DNA of 64,000 bases from Candidatus Nanoarchaeia archaeon (GTDB lineage: Archaea > Nanobdellota > Nanobdellia > Woesearchaeales > ARS49): the NCBI GenBank assembly GCA_041489925.1, contig JBGPSD010000003.1:1993-65992 (forward strand), written 5' to 3'. Position 1 is the first letter of the stretch. Each line of letters opens with the position of its first letter. This document shows, one piece after another, positions 1-8,542 of this stretch. The notes beneath the pieces were generated by a model. It did no database searches, was not told the origin of the DNA, and was given only the letters and a program-made list of their open reading frames with translations. A program made the translations under genes and the position numbers.

Positions 1-2062
1 GTGCGACTATGACGTTGAAGGCGAAGTCATAGGGCTCAATGTCATACGCTACATCTGCCACCGCAATGACGCAAGGAGAATGAAATTCTCGACATTGACA
101 AAGGATGAGCTCATTGAGGCATATGAAAAAGCGTCCCCGCATTTGGACTGGGGGCAGGCAGAGGCAGGGGAAACCCGCCACTTCCTTGACTATTATTACG
201 GCATCAATATCTCGCGCGCGCTTACAACCGCGATAAAGACAGCAGGAATGTTCAAGATAATGAGCACAGGGCGGGTCCAGGGACCTGCTTTGAAAATAAT
301 TGTTGACCGCGAAAAGGAAATCAAGGCATTCAAGCCAGTGCCGTTCTGGGAAATTGAGCTTAACGCAGAGACAAAGAAAGAGCCGATAACTGCCTGGCAC
401 AAGACAGGCAAGTTCTGGAAAAAGCCAGAAGCAGAAACAGTGATGAAGCATGTCCACGGCGCAAAAGACGCCACAGTGATGTCTGTTGAGCGCAGAAGGT
501 TCAAGCAGAATCCGCCGTGCCCATTTGACCTTACCACTTTGCAGACAGAGGCATACAAGTGCCTTGGAGTAAGCCCAAAGGCAACCCTTGCGATTGCGCA
601 GGCGTTGTACACAGAAGGATTAATTTCATACCCGAGGACTTCATCCCAGCAATTGCCTCCTGCGATTGGCTTTAAGAAAATAATGGAGCATTTGGCAAAG
701 CAGTCGCGCTATGCCCCATTGTGCCACGCGCTTTTGACAAAAGGAAGCCTCCATCCGAACAATGGAGGCAAGACAGACCCTGCGCACCCGGCAATTTACC
801 CGACAGGAATCACCCCTGGCAAGCTTGAAGACCGCGAATTCAAGGTTTATGACCTCATTGTCAAGCGTTTCCTCAGCACTTTTGGCGAGGCAGCGACAAG
901 GGAAACAATGAATGTCGGAATTGATGTTAACAAGGAGCCTTTTGCCGCGACAGGGACAAGGACTGTTGAGAAAAACTGGCACACGTTTTACGAGCCTTAT
1001 GTCAGGTTGGAGGAGACAGAGCTGCCTGACGTGCAGGAAGGGGAAAAACTCAAAGTCAAGAAGATTCAGCTGCACGACCGCGAGACACAGCCTCCAAAGC
1101 GGTACACGCCGTCCTCAATAATCCGCGAGCTTGAAAAGAGGAACCTTGGCACAAAATCCACACGCGCTGAAATCATTGACACTTTGTTCAGGCGCAATTA
1201 TGTCCTTGGCGAGCCCATAACAGCAACAGACTTTGGAATCCGCGTCATTGAAGTCCTTGAAAAGTACGCGCCGAAGATTATTGATGAGGAGCTGACAAAG
1301 CACTTTGAAACAGACATGGAGTCAATCCGCGAGCGCCAGAAAAAGCCAGAACAGGTTCTCTCTGAGGCGCGCCACGTTCTTTTGGAAATCCTGGGCGACT
1401 TCAAGAAAAAGGAAAAGCAGGTCGGCGAAGAGCTCAGGACAACATTTACAGAGACAAGGGCTGCAATGACCACAATCGGGCCGTGCCCTGTGTGCAAAAA
1501 AGGCGAAATTGTCCTTAGAAAAGGAAAGTTCGGCAGGTTTGCAGCGTGCAACAAGTATCCTGACTGCAAGACCACTTTCAAGCTTCCAGTGTCAGGGCTT
1601 GTTGAAGTGAGCAAGGATGTCTGCCAGCACTGCGGCTATCCAATGGTTACAATGATTCGCAGGGCAAAAAGGCCTCAGACAGTGTGCATAAACCCTGACT
1701 GCCCTGCAAAAAAGATTCCATTTGAGGAAGGAAAGAAGTGCCCAAAGTGCAATGAGGGCGAATTAGTGCTGAGAAAATCTGTTTACGGCCAGTTCATCGC
1801 GTGCAACAAGTTCCCGAAGTGCAGGTATATTGAAAAGAGAAAGAAAGAAGACTCTGAATTCCCTGTAAAAGCTCCAAAATCAGGCAAAACCGCGAAGAAG
1901 CCAGCAGCAAAGACATCAGCGCCTTCAGTTGAAGCCCTACCAAAAGAAGCCTCATCAAAAGCACCCTATATAAAACTGGCAGTATCAAAAGAAATATCAG
2001 GCGAAGCAAAACAGAAAAAAGTATCTAAGCCGCGAAAGAAAGCTGCGAAGAAATCAGCCTAA
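1..2062 (+). CDS. topA: DNA topoisomerase IA, archaeal type (5' end lies before the window)
   Basis: Frame is open from base 2 with the TOPRIM acidic motif CDYDVEGE, upstream of the ORF-track start at 80. Also STGRVQGP, catalytic ISYPRTSS, LGTKSTR, C-terminal Zn ribbons (CPVC..CNKYPDC, CPKC..CNKFPKC) and a Lys-rich tail. Confidence 0.96.
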   Translation, partial: CDYDVEGEVIGLNVIRYICHRNDARRMKFSTLTKDELIEAYEKASPHLDWGQAEAGETRHFLDYYYGINISRALTTAIKTAGMFKIMSTGRVQGPALKIIVDREKEIKAFKPVPFWEIELNAETKKEPITAWHKTGKFWKKPEAETVMKHVHGAKDATVMSVERRRFKQNPPCPFDLTTLQTEAYKCLGVSPKATLAIAQALYTEGLISYPRTSSQQLPPAIGFKKIMEHLAKQSRYAPLCHALLTKGSLHPNNGGKTDPAHPAIYPTGITPGKLEDREFKVYDLIVKRFLSTFGEAATRETMNVGIDVNKEPFAATGTRTVEKNWHTFYEPYVRLEETELPDVQEGEKLKVKKIQLHDRETQPPKRYTPSSIIRELEKRNLGTKSTRAEIIDTLFRRNYVLGEPITATDFGIRVIEVLEKYAPKIIDEELTKHFETDMESIRERQKKPEQVLSEARHVLLEILGDFKKKEKQVGEELRTTFTETRAAMTTIGPCPVCKKGEIVLRKGKFGRFAACNKYPDCKTTFKLPVSGLVEVSKDVCQHCGYPMVTMIRRAKRPQTVCINPDCPAKKIPFEEGKKCPKCNEGELVLRKSVYGQFIACNKFPKCRYIEKRKKEDSEFPVKAPKSGKTAKKPAAKTSAPSVEALPKEASSKAPYIKLAVSKEISGEAKQKKVSKPRKKAAKKSA

Positions 2063-2773
2063 CTAAACTGCAACTGCCTGTTTTTTCAGCGCTGCGGCAA
2101 CAGCGGTTTCCAGTTCTGCAAATTCCTTTTTCTTCGGGGGCTCATACGGCTCCACTCCAAGCGCAATCAGGCTGTGAATCCACGCCGCAAGCCTGCGCAT
2201 ACTGTCAATAGCATCAGCCAGAGCCTTTGCCTCTTTTGCCTTTATGTCGTCTATCGCAGGGTCGTTTAGGACTTCAAGAAGCCCGGCCACATTCCTGATG
2301 TAAATGATAAGGTAGCTGTCAAGGTCGCGCCTGATGCTTGCCATTGTAGTGTAATGCACCCTGTTTTCAGGCCTCTGGCTCTCAATTGTGCCTGCTGTTT
2401 TTTGCGCCTGGCTTGCGTAAATCCCCATGCTGGCTATAATCCCGAGCTTTTGCCTTATCGAGCCTAATTCAACAACAGGCATTTGTGCGATTGCCTGGGC
2501 TTTTGGAATCAGCCCGTGCTTTATGAAATAATCCTGCGCGTTTATCATTGCCGCCTGCGCGCTCAGCACGAGCGTCCTTTTTGCCGCAATCCATCCTTTA
2601 AGGTTTTCAGCAGCCACAATCTGGTTGAATTTCGGAAGAAGCGTCTTCTCAACCATTAATGCCATATCCTGAATATCATCTTCTGTCTTGTAATAGTTAT
2701 TCTCAATATTCTGCCACACCTGCACCATTGCAGTGAGAAGGGATTCTGCGTGCCATTCATCTATGCGAACCAT
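2063..2773 (-). CDS. Hypothetical helical protein
   Basis: Long ORF convergent with topA; likely start at ATG 2773 (MVRIDEW); no recognised motif. Confidence 0.7.
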   Translation of the reverse strand: MVRIDEWHAESLLTAMVQVWQNIENNYYKTEDDIQDMALMVEKTLLPKFNQIVAAENLKGWIAAKRTLVLSAQAAMINAQDYFIKHGLIPKAQAIAQMPVVELGSIRQKLGIIASMGIYASQAQKTAGTIESQRPENRVHYTTMASIRRDLDSYLIIYIRNVAGLLEVLNDPAIDDIKAKEAKALADAIDSMRRLAAWIHSLIALGVEPYEPPKKKEFAELETAVAAALKKQAVAV

Positions 2774-2905
2774 AACTGGAGGTAAGAAACAACGCTTTAA
2801 AGATTTTGTCCTTTGGAAGCGCAAAAAGGAAGAGGGAAAGTAGCGCCAGCCGCCACAAATTCTTATAAGTGCCCGCAGGTTTACAGATGCAGGTGTCTGG
2901 GCGGT

Positions 2906-3802
2906 ATGGACAAAAAAACAATTGACTGGCTTCTTGAACAGATTGCAGAGTTTGAAAAGAAGGAAGGCAAAAAGGGCGCGATTGTTAAAGTGCAGAACAG
3001 GTCATTGGGCAGCTATTATGACACCATTGCCGAGAGCGAAAAGGTGGGGCTGAAAAAATGGGACGGCTGCGAGCTTTACCTTGCCCGCTTCACAAAGGGG
3101 CAGCTTGAGGTTGAGGCGTGCCAGCAGGATTTGAGGTTTGCACTTAAGGACAAGTCAATATGTAAGAAATTCGGCAGGAAAGCCGTTGTCTGCACAGTTG
3201 CATATTCCCGCGCGCGCAACCCTCCGCTCAAATGCAGGTGGCAGTACACAAGAGGATTTCCATTGGGCAATCCATTCAGCCCGCAGGTTACCCTTTGCAA
3301 CCTTAACGGAAGCTATACGGAAATAGGCGATGCCAGTGTGGAAACAATTGATGAAGTCCTTGAAAGTATGGAAAAGTTCGAGAGGAAAACAGGCAAAAAG
3401 CAAATTGCCCTCAAAACCCACAACAAGTTCTTCGCACATTACATCTACAAGGCATGCGCAGAGGACAAAAAGCCAGAACTTTTCACCTGGCAGGGCTTTG
3501 ACATTTTTATTGAATACATCACAAAAGAACAGCTTGAAATCAGCGCGTGCCTTATTGACGGCAGATACTCAAAATGGTACCGCGGCGAGTTGCAAGGGTA
3601 TAATGCAGGAACAGTCTGCACTCTTGACTGGGCATACCGTGAAAAGTGCAGGTTCTTCAACTTGACTTCCTGCGGTCCTTGGGGCCAGAAAATCCCTTAC
3701 TGCAAAAAATGGGACAGGGAGCCAAAGAACACCGGAACATTCCTACCGCCGCCCAACTGTTTGCCGCCAAGGCCGGTCGAAAAGAAAAAATATCAGAAAT
3801 AA
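2906..3802 (+). CDS. Hypothetical Cys-containing protein made of two tandem homologous domains
   Basis: Likely ATG at 2906. Internal duplication: KTIDWLLEQIAEFEKKEGKK..W.G..YL..TKGQLEVEAC..VCT versus ETIDEVLESMEKFERKTGKK..W.G..FI..TKEQLEISAC..VCT. Confidence 0.75.
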   Translation: MDKKTIDWLLEQIAEFEKKEGKKGAIVKVQNRSLGSYYDTIAESEKVGLKKWDGCELYLARFTKGQLEVEACQQDLRFALKDKSICKKFGRKAVVCTVAYSRARNPPLKCRWQYTRGFPLGNPFSPQVTLCNLNGSYTEIGDASVETIDEVLESMEKFERKTGKKQIALKTHNKFFAHYIYKACAEDKKPELFTWQGFDIFIEYITKEQLEISACLIDGRYSKWYRGELQGYNAGTVCTLDWAYREKCRFFNLTSCGPWGQKIPYCKKWDREPKNTGTFLPPPNCLPPRPVEKKKYQK

Positions 3803-3829
3803 GCGTTGTCTTTTACCCGAGCAAAGCAA

Positions 3830-4696
3830 TCAGCTGGCAGGCGGGGATTCTTCAGGTATTTTCATGTCATACTTCTTGCACTGGCTGCGGATAAACTCAG
3901 GCACATTAACTGTCACGCCTTCTCCTTTCAGTTCAATTGTGCACGGTTCCTTGTGCATATCAAGCAGGAGCGCCTGATCTAAGTTCCCTTTCGGCACATT
4001 GCTTAAATAAATAGCCAAAACAATTCCCTGCTTGAAATCTTCCAATTTGCTCTGCAATTCAGGCACTATTTTTGCCCCAAGTTCTTTTACCGCAACAAGA
4101 TAGTCCATGCTTGGATAGTAGGGTATTTCACGCAGGCGCTGTTTCAGCTGTTCATCAGTTATCTTGCCTTCCTTGCGCTCCTTTTGAACGCGCTGGTATT
4201 CCGACGGCAACATTGCATGGCCAAGATTAAAGTGCGCAGCAACATCAAGGTCTCCTGCGATTACTTCAAGGCTTGAGCTCAGAGTGCTTAAATCATGCGC
4301 TTCCTCTCCAAAAGCCCTGAATGGAAGTTCCTTGTTCAGATTGGCAATATGCAGTATGTCGATATCAATCGTCCCGTTCCGCTTTTCCCAGTGTTTCCCG
4401 CGCGTACTACTATATTCGTTGTAAAACACATAAGCTGCCGTTGGGATTCTGAGCAATGGAGGCATTTCTTCAAATATGGGTATTGTTTTTTGTGTGGGAA
4501 TTCCAAGAGCCATCTGAGTGCGCTGTGCGATATATCCTTTACTGCCAAAACCTGTGCATCCGTCATGTGTATCGCGGACTATCTTGACAAGCACCTGCTG
4601 TCCGATATGAGCGTCAATAAGCTGCTGAAGAGAATCTGTATTCTTTTTAATAAGCTCAATTCGCTCTTCCTGCTCTGCTATAGAAGGCATATCCAT
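3830..4696 (-). CDS. Hypothetical protein
   Basis: 288-aa ORF with GAGGTGGGGG ribosome site and a TTATAAA box upstream on the minus strand. Confidence 0.75.
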   Translation of the reverse strand: MDMPSIAEQEERIELIKKNTDSLQQLIDAHIGQQVLVKIVRDTHDGCTGFGSKGYIAQRTQMALGIPTQKTIPIFEEMPPLLRIPTAAYVFYNEYSSTRGKHWEKRNGTIDIDILHIANLNKELPFRAFGEEAHDLSTLSSSLEVIAGDLDVAAHFNLGHAMLPSEYQRVQKERKEGKITDEQLKQRLREIPYYPSMDYLVAVKELGAKIVPELQSKLEDFKQGIVLAIYLSNVPKGNLDQALLLDMHKEPCTIELKGEGVTVNVPEFIRSQCKKYDMKIPEESPPAS

Positions 4697-4758
4697 GTTT
4701 CCCCCACCTCAAAAGCAGTAATAATACTGGTCTTTATAACGATTTGTGGAGTGGAAAA

Positions 4759-4972
4759 TAGCTTTCGCTAATCGTCAACAAACCCCGGCAGACGCCCGTG
4801 AGGACGCCTGCGCAGGGAAAAAGAGGTGATTGTGATTATCTTCTTCTCGCGCGGTTGATGATGTAAACCCACGCAGGCAGCCGAAGCCACCTGCGCGGGA
4901 AAAAGAGGTGATAGATATTGATTTGAGTATGATTTTTTTAGCTCTCTCCCCTTTGACTACCCCCCTTATACA
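4759..4972 (-). ncRNA. Candidate structured non-coding RNA with two (AUCACCUCUUUUU + GC hairpin) units
   Basis: Lies downstream of a canonical BRE-TATA with no ORF of size. Hairpins CCCGCGCAGGUGGC-UUCG-GCUGCCUGCGUGGG and GCAGGCGUCC-UCAC-GGGCGUCUGC pair through G-U only on the minus strand. Ends in UAGC-GAAA-GCUA-UUUU. Confidence 0.55.
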
Positions 4973-4990
4973 CGCTAATATGCATATTAT

Positions 4991-5013
4991 AGTATATAAA
5001 CCTTTCGGTTTTT
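4991..5013 (-). promoter_or_regulatory. Archaeal BRE-TATA promoter
   Basis: Minus strand reads AAAAACCGAAAGGTTTATATACT (CGAAA BRE followed by TTTATATA). Confidence 0.75.
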
Positions 5014-5014
5014 A

Positions 5015-5035
5015 TGCTACTAGGGAGTAGTAGCA
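5015..5035. promoter_or_regulatory. Perfect inverted repeat, putative operator
   Basis: TGCTACTA-gggag-TAGTAGCA directly abutting the BRE above. Confidence 0.45.
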
Positions 5036-5126
5036 CGATTTGCCGGCAGAGCCCCCTGTTTGCTCTTCCAGCTTGCTTCCTAACCCCCTATAAGCTTATT
5101 AATGGGCTTTCTACTATTTAAATATT

Positions 5127-5696
5127 ATGCACAAGAAGGATTGCATCTGCAAGAAGCCTGCAAGGGTGTTTTTCACTCATTTAAGCCCTCTTTGCAAAGA
5201 GTGTTTTGCCCTATTATTAAGGAGAAGGGCAAGAAAAGCCATCCGTGACTATGGCGAACTCAAGCCAAACCAGAAAGTCTTTATCGACGGTAAAGGCGCG
5301 CTGCCAGTCCTCTTCAAGAGCGCAATAACAGGCCTTCCAGTCAAATACGTTCCAAAAGCAAAGGCAGACAGCGGCCGACTGCGGTCGTCCAGCCTGCGCG
5401 TCGGCTCCGCTGATGCTACGCCGACGGCAGAAATAATCATCACAGGCAAGACAGCTGATGACGAAGCAGTTGAATTTCTTGAACATTTATTCGCAGGTAA
5501 AAAGCAGAAAAAGAGCAAAGAATTGAACATCTTCGAGAACATAACTTCAGCAGAGCTTGAAAAATACTGCGAGCTAAAAAAAATAATCCGAAAAAACCGG
5601 AAGAAATCCGAACTCAGGCAAAAACTTGAAGAACTTGAGCAGCGCTACCCTGGAATTATGTTTGCATTGCAGAAAAGCAGGGAGTCATTCAGCTGA
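5127..5696 (+). CDS. Reduced TtuA/Ncs6(Ctu1)-like protein lacking the PP-loop
   Basis: N-terminal Zn finger C.CKKPA..LCKECF..RRARKAIRDY, TGKTADDEA (family TGHxxDD), LEELEQRYPGI; no SGGKDS and no CxxC Fe-S ligands. Confidence 0.6.
   Translation: MHKKDCICKKPARVFFTHLSPLCKECFALLLRRRARKAIRDYGELKPNQKVFIDGKGALPVLFKSAITGLPVKYVPKAKADSGRLRSSSLRVGSADATPTAEIIITGKTADDEAVEFLEHLFAGKKQKKSKELNIFENITSAELEKYCELKKIIRKNRKKSELRQKLEELEQRYPGIMFALQKSRESFS
5363..5431. repeat. In-frame 63-nt palindromic (REP/MITE-like) insertion flanked by GGCAGA direct repeats
   Basis: GGCAGA at 5363-5368 and 5426-5431. The GC-rich insert contains CGGCCG-actg-CGGTCG and CGTCGGC-N14-GCCGACG; removing it gives KAKAEIIITGK. Confidence 0.6.
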
Positions 5697-6520
5697 TGAA
5701 ACGCATTTTTATCGTCGTAACATTACTATTGCTCGCAGCCTGCGCCAGAAACATCCCGATAGAAACAGGCCCTGAAATTGAGGCATACTTCTGCGAGAAA
5801 GAGAACTGCACAACAATGCTTGCGAACTTAATCAACAACGCAGCTGACGCAAAATGCGCATTATACGACGTTAGCATTCTGGAAATCAGGAATGCATTGA
5901 AAAATATTGAGTGGAAGACAGAAGACGGCAAAAGCCCATTAATGCACAACAAATTCTGCATAATTAACAAGAGCGTTGTCTGGACAGGCTCCTGGAACCC
6001 GACAAAAACAACAAGGGCAAACAATGCAGTAATAATACACTCACCAAGCCTTGCGAGAAATTATCTTGACGAATACGACGAGCTTCCTGGCGGCAGAAGG
6101 CACGTTATCCACCCGAAAGTGAGCTACAACAACCAAATACTTGAGAACTATTTCTGCCCAGAAGACAGGTGCAAGGAGCATGTTTTGGAGCAATTGCGGC
6201 CTGCCAAAAAGGAAATTGTGTTCATGCTCGCAGACCTCACTGACGAGGATATTATCAAACAATTGCAAAGGACAGACATCAAAGTAGAAGGAATAATTGA
6301 CAAGTCTGAAAAAGACGCGATAAAAACCCTGCCATTTGCAAAAACAGGCAATATCCACAGCAAGGTCTTTATTATCGACGGAAACACAGTAATAACCGGC
6401 TCTTACAACCCGACAAGAAACGGCGATGAATACAACGATGAAAACATATTAATCATCCACGATTACGCAATCGCCAAGAAGTTCCTTGACGAATACAGCT
6501 CACTTTCAGCACTCCAGTAG
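5696..6520 (+). CDS. Phospholipase D-family (Nuc-like) lipoprotein, probable secreted nuclease
   Basis: Lipobox LLLAAC; two HKD-type motifs, MHNKFCIIN..TGSWN and IHSKVFIID..TGSYN. Confidence 0.85.
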   Translation: MKRIFIVVTLLLLAACARNIPIETGPEIEAYFCEKENCTTMLANLINNAADAKCALYDVSILEIRNALKNIEWKTEDGKSPLMHNKFCIINKSVVWTGSWNPTKTTRANNAVIIHSPSLARNYLDEYDELPGGRRHVIHPKVSYNNQILENYFCPEDRCKEHVLEQLRPAKKEIVFMLADLTDEDIIKQLQRTDIKVEGIIDKSEKDAIKTLPFAKTGNIHSKVFIIDGNTVITGSYNPTRNGDEYNDENILIIHDYAIAKKFLDEYSSLSALQ

Positions 6521-6550
6521 CTTTATAAAGCCCTCGACGGTATGTATTCT

Positions 6551-7648
6551 ATGACAAATCTGTTCGCAGTTAAGATTACGTATGCGGGAAAGCCCTATGT
6601 TTTCTGTGTTGCTGACTCGCAGGCAACAAACTCTCAGGACAGCACAAAGCACAGCGAGCAGAAACTTGTACAGCGCGGGCATAACCTGATTATGGATACA
6701 GGCAACGCAGGCATTGCATATGAGGTATATGAAAAACTCCGCGGAAAAGACGGCACTGCTCCTGAAATCGCAGAACTGATTCTGAAGCTTACTGAGGATT
6801 ATGCAAAGCGCAATGAAGGCAACATAAGAATGCATTCAGGTTTTCTCGTCGCTGGAAAGGACAAAAACGGCGTGGGAATGTATTCAGTATCTGCAATTAA
6901 TCATGAAAGATCAGTCAGAGGCGTGCAACCTATAGAAAGCAGTTATTCAGACGGCGTGGGCGGATACCATGTGAGGCCTGCATTCAATCGTGATATTGAA
7001 ATGGGCTACTTGAAGGCGCCTGAGACCCCCCTTGAGGCAATGTTCTTGTGCTTCAAGGCAGGAATCAAGGCAAATGTGGATATCGGTGTTGACAGCAAAC
7101 TGCAGTATGGCTTTGTCTCTGAAAATGCCGCAAGGCTGCTGATTCCTCCAGGGGTAAACCCTGCTTCTATCGAGGATGTAAACATGATATACACAGGAAT
7201 TACAGGAGTCAAATTCGAACTGACCAAGGAAAATTATCCAGACCTTATTGATGCATACCAGTCAGAAATAAGGACTGTTTATGCATTCTACCACGCAATG
7301 GAAACAATGATGCACAGGCTTGATGCAGTTGACATCAAGTGCAATATGCTCAATACAAAACTTAAGTCAGGAAAAGCAATTGAAGCAGAAGCCAAGAAAG
7401 AGCTAGGCGACCTGAGCCCGTTGGACAGGGCAATTTCTGATTACAAGATAAAAATTGAGCATTTGCAAAAGGCAAAAGCAAACTTACAGCCTTTTGTCGA
7501 CGCATTCCTGAAAGGCGGGCTTGACAATATTGTTCCTGTTGTCAGGGAATTTGACAAGCGGCAGGAAGAAGAATACGCAAATGCTTTGTCCTCGCTGGAA
7601 GCCCAAAGGTCAAGGGAAAGAGGAGAAGAGATTCCAGGTCCTATCTAA
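6551..7648 (+). CDS. Hypothetical protein with N-terminal Ntn-hydrolase (proteasome beta/HslV-like) domain and helical C-terminal extension
   Basis: Probable leaderless ATG at 6551 (TTTATAAA at 6522-6529) gives M-T start. Pattern T..FAV....VFCVADSQAT..QKL..TGNAG..FLVAG..DGVG resembles the proteasome-beta fold. Confidence 0.5.
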   Translation: MTNLFAVKITYAGKPYVFCVADSQATNSQDSTKHSEQKLVQRGHNLIMDTGNAGIAYEVYEKLRGKDGTAPEIAELILKLTEDYAKRNEGNIRMHSGFLVAGKDKNGVGMYSVSAINHERSVRGVQPIESSYSDGVGGYHVRPAFNRDIEMGYLKAPETPLEAMFLCFKAGIKANVDIGVDSKLQYGFVSENAARLLIPPGVNPASIEDVNMIYTGITGVKFELTKENYPDLIDAYQSEIRTVYAFYHAMETMMHRLDAVDIKCNMLNTKLKSGKAIEAEAKKELGDLSPLDRAISDYKIKIEHLQKAKANLQPFVDAFLKGGLDNIVPVVREFDKRQEEEYANALSSLEAQRSRERGEEIPGPI

Positions 7649-8113
7649 TCACTTTATCAGCTGATGCTTTCTAAGAAGTTCTTTCAGTCTTTCAAATTCA
7701 GAGCCTGACTTGAACTCGCTCATCTTCTCAGGCGGCAATTGCTTAATCACATAAAGCGCGATTTTTGCGATTTCCTTCATATCCTGCATATTCTCGTCCT
7801 TGACAAGCATCTGCTGGACTTGTTCTGCAGGCACACTTGCAGTGGCTTTTTCGCCCTTGCCAACCAAACCAAGCGACTCAAGAATCCTTGTCAAAGCCCC
7901 TTTCTTCTCAACCACATCTTCCTCGCCAGGCATTGTTTCAGGAATTTCTGCAGGGCTGCCCTCCTCATACTTCTGCACTTCCGGAGGCAGTTCTGGTTCT
8001 GGCATTTTTTTCTTCCTCTTGAACGCGCCAAATATGTCAGGGAATTTAATTCTTGCCCTGCGGCGCTGGGAAATGTACTGCTCTAGTTCTTTCTCAAATT
8101 CTCCCCTTGTCAT
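7649..8113 (-). CDS. Hypothetical protein
   Basis: 154-aa charged ORF with an AT-rich promoter region upstream. Confidence 0.75.
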   Translation of the reverse strand: MTRGEFEKELEQYISQRRRARIKFPDIFGAFKRKKKMPEPELPPEVQKYEEGSPAEIPETMPGEEDVVEKKGALTRILESLGLVGKGEKATASVPAEQVQQMLVKDENMQDMKEIAKIALYVIKQLPPEKMSEFKSGSEFERLKELLRKHQLIK

Positions 8114-8272
8114 CCCTCTGCCAGCAGAAGTGTCAGTATTTATTAATGTTGTGCTAGCTAATACACATAGCTCTCACTTTATTATAAATAGAACATCAAC
8201 TTATCTAAAATATATATCCAAATAGCTATTAAACCCAATTAAATTTATATACGCTCAGCATTAACCAAGCGT

Positions 8273-8542
8273 ATGGACGCATTGCTTACAGGCGCGCTTA
8301 TAGGCGGATTGGGCGGTTTGCTGAGGTCAATCATAGGGCTTGGCAAATCATTGGCTGCAAAGCGAAGAATCCGCTGGCCTTATTTCTTCATAACAGTGCT
8401 CCTCGCAGTAATTATAGGATTAATCCTTGGCGCATTAACAAGCGTGAGCAGGCCGATTGCTTTCCTTGCAGGCTATGGAGGAACTGATATTCTCGAAGGC
8501 ATTGGAAAAGTAATAAAGATTATTCCGGTGGAAATAAAGTGA
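8273..8542 (+). CDS. Small multi-pass membrane protein
   Basis: Three hydrophobic Gly-rich segments (GALIGGLGG, AFLAGYGGTDILE); TTTATATA upstream. Confidence 0.75.
   Translation: MDALLTGALIGGLGGLLRSIIGLGKSLAAKRRIRWPYFFITVLLAVIIGLILGALTSVSRPIAFLAGYGGTDILEGIGKVIKIIPVEIK

Noticed and set aside
4780-4912. Mini-CRISPR array
   Set aside because: Only two non-identical units with long internal stems, and no cas genes in the window.
4938-4985. Micro-ORF MHISVYKGGSQRGES on the minus strand
   Set aside because: ATG is only about 8 nt from the TATA box, upstream of the expected start site; a GTG-start 11-mer cannot be excluded but has no support.
8114-8272. AT-rich stretch as replication origin
   Set aside because: No ORB repeats or cdc6/orc1; explained by divergent promoters.
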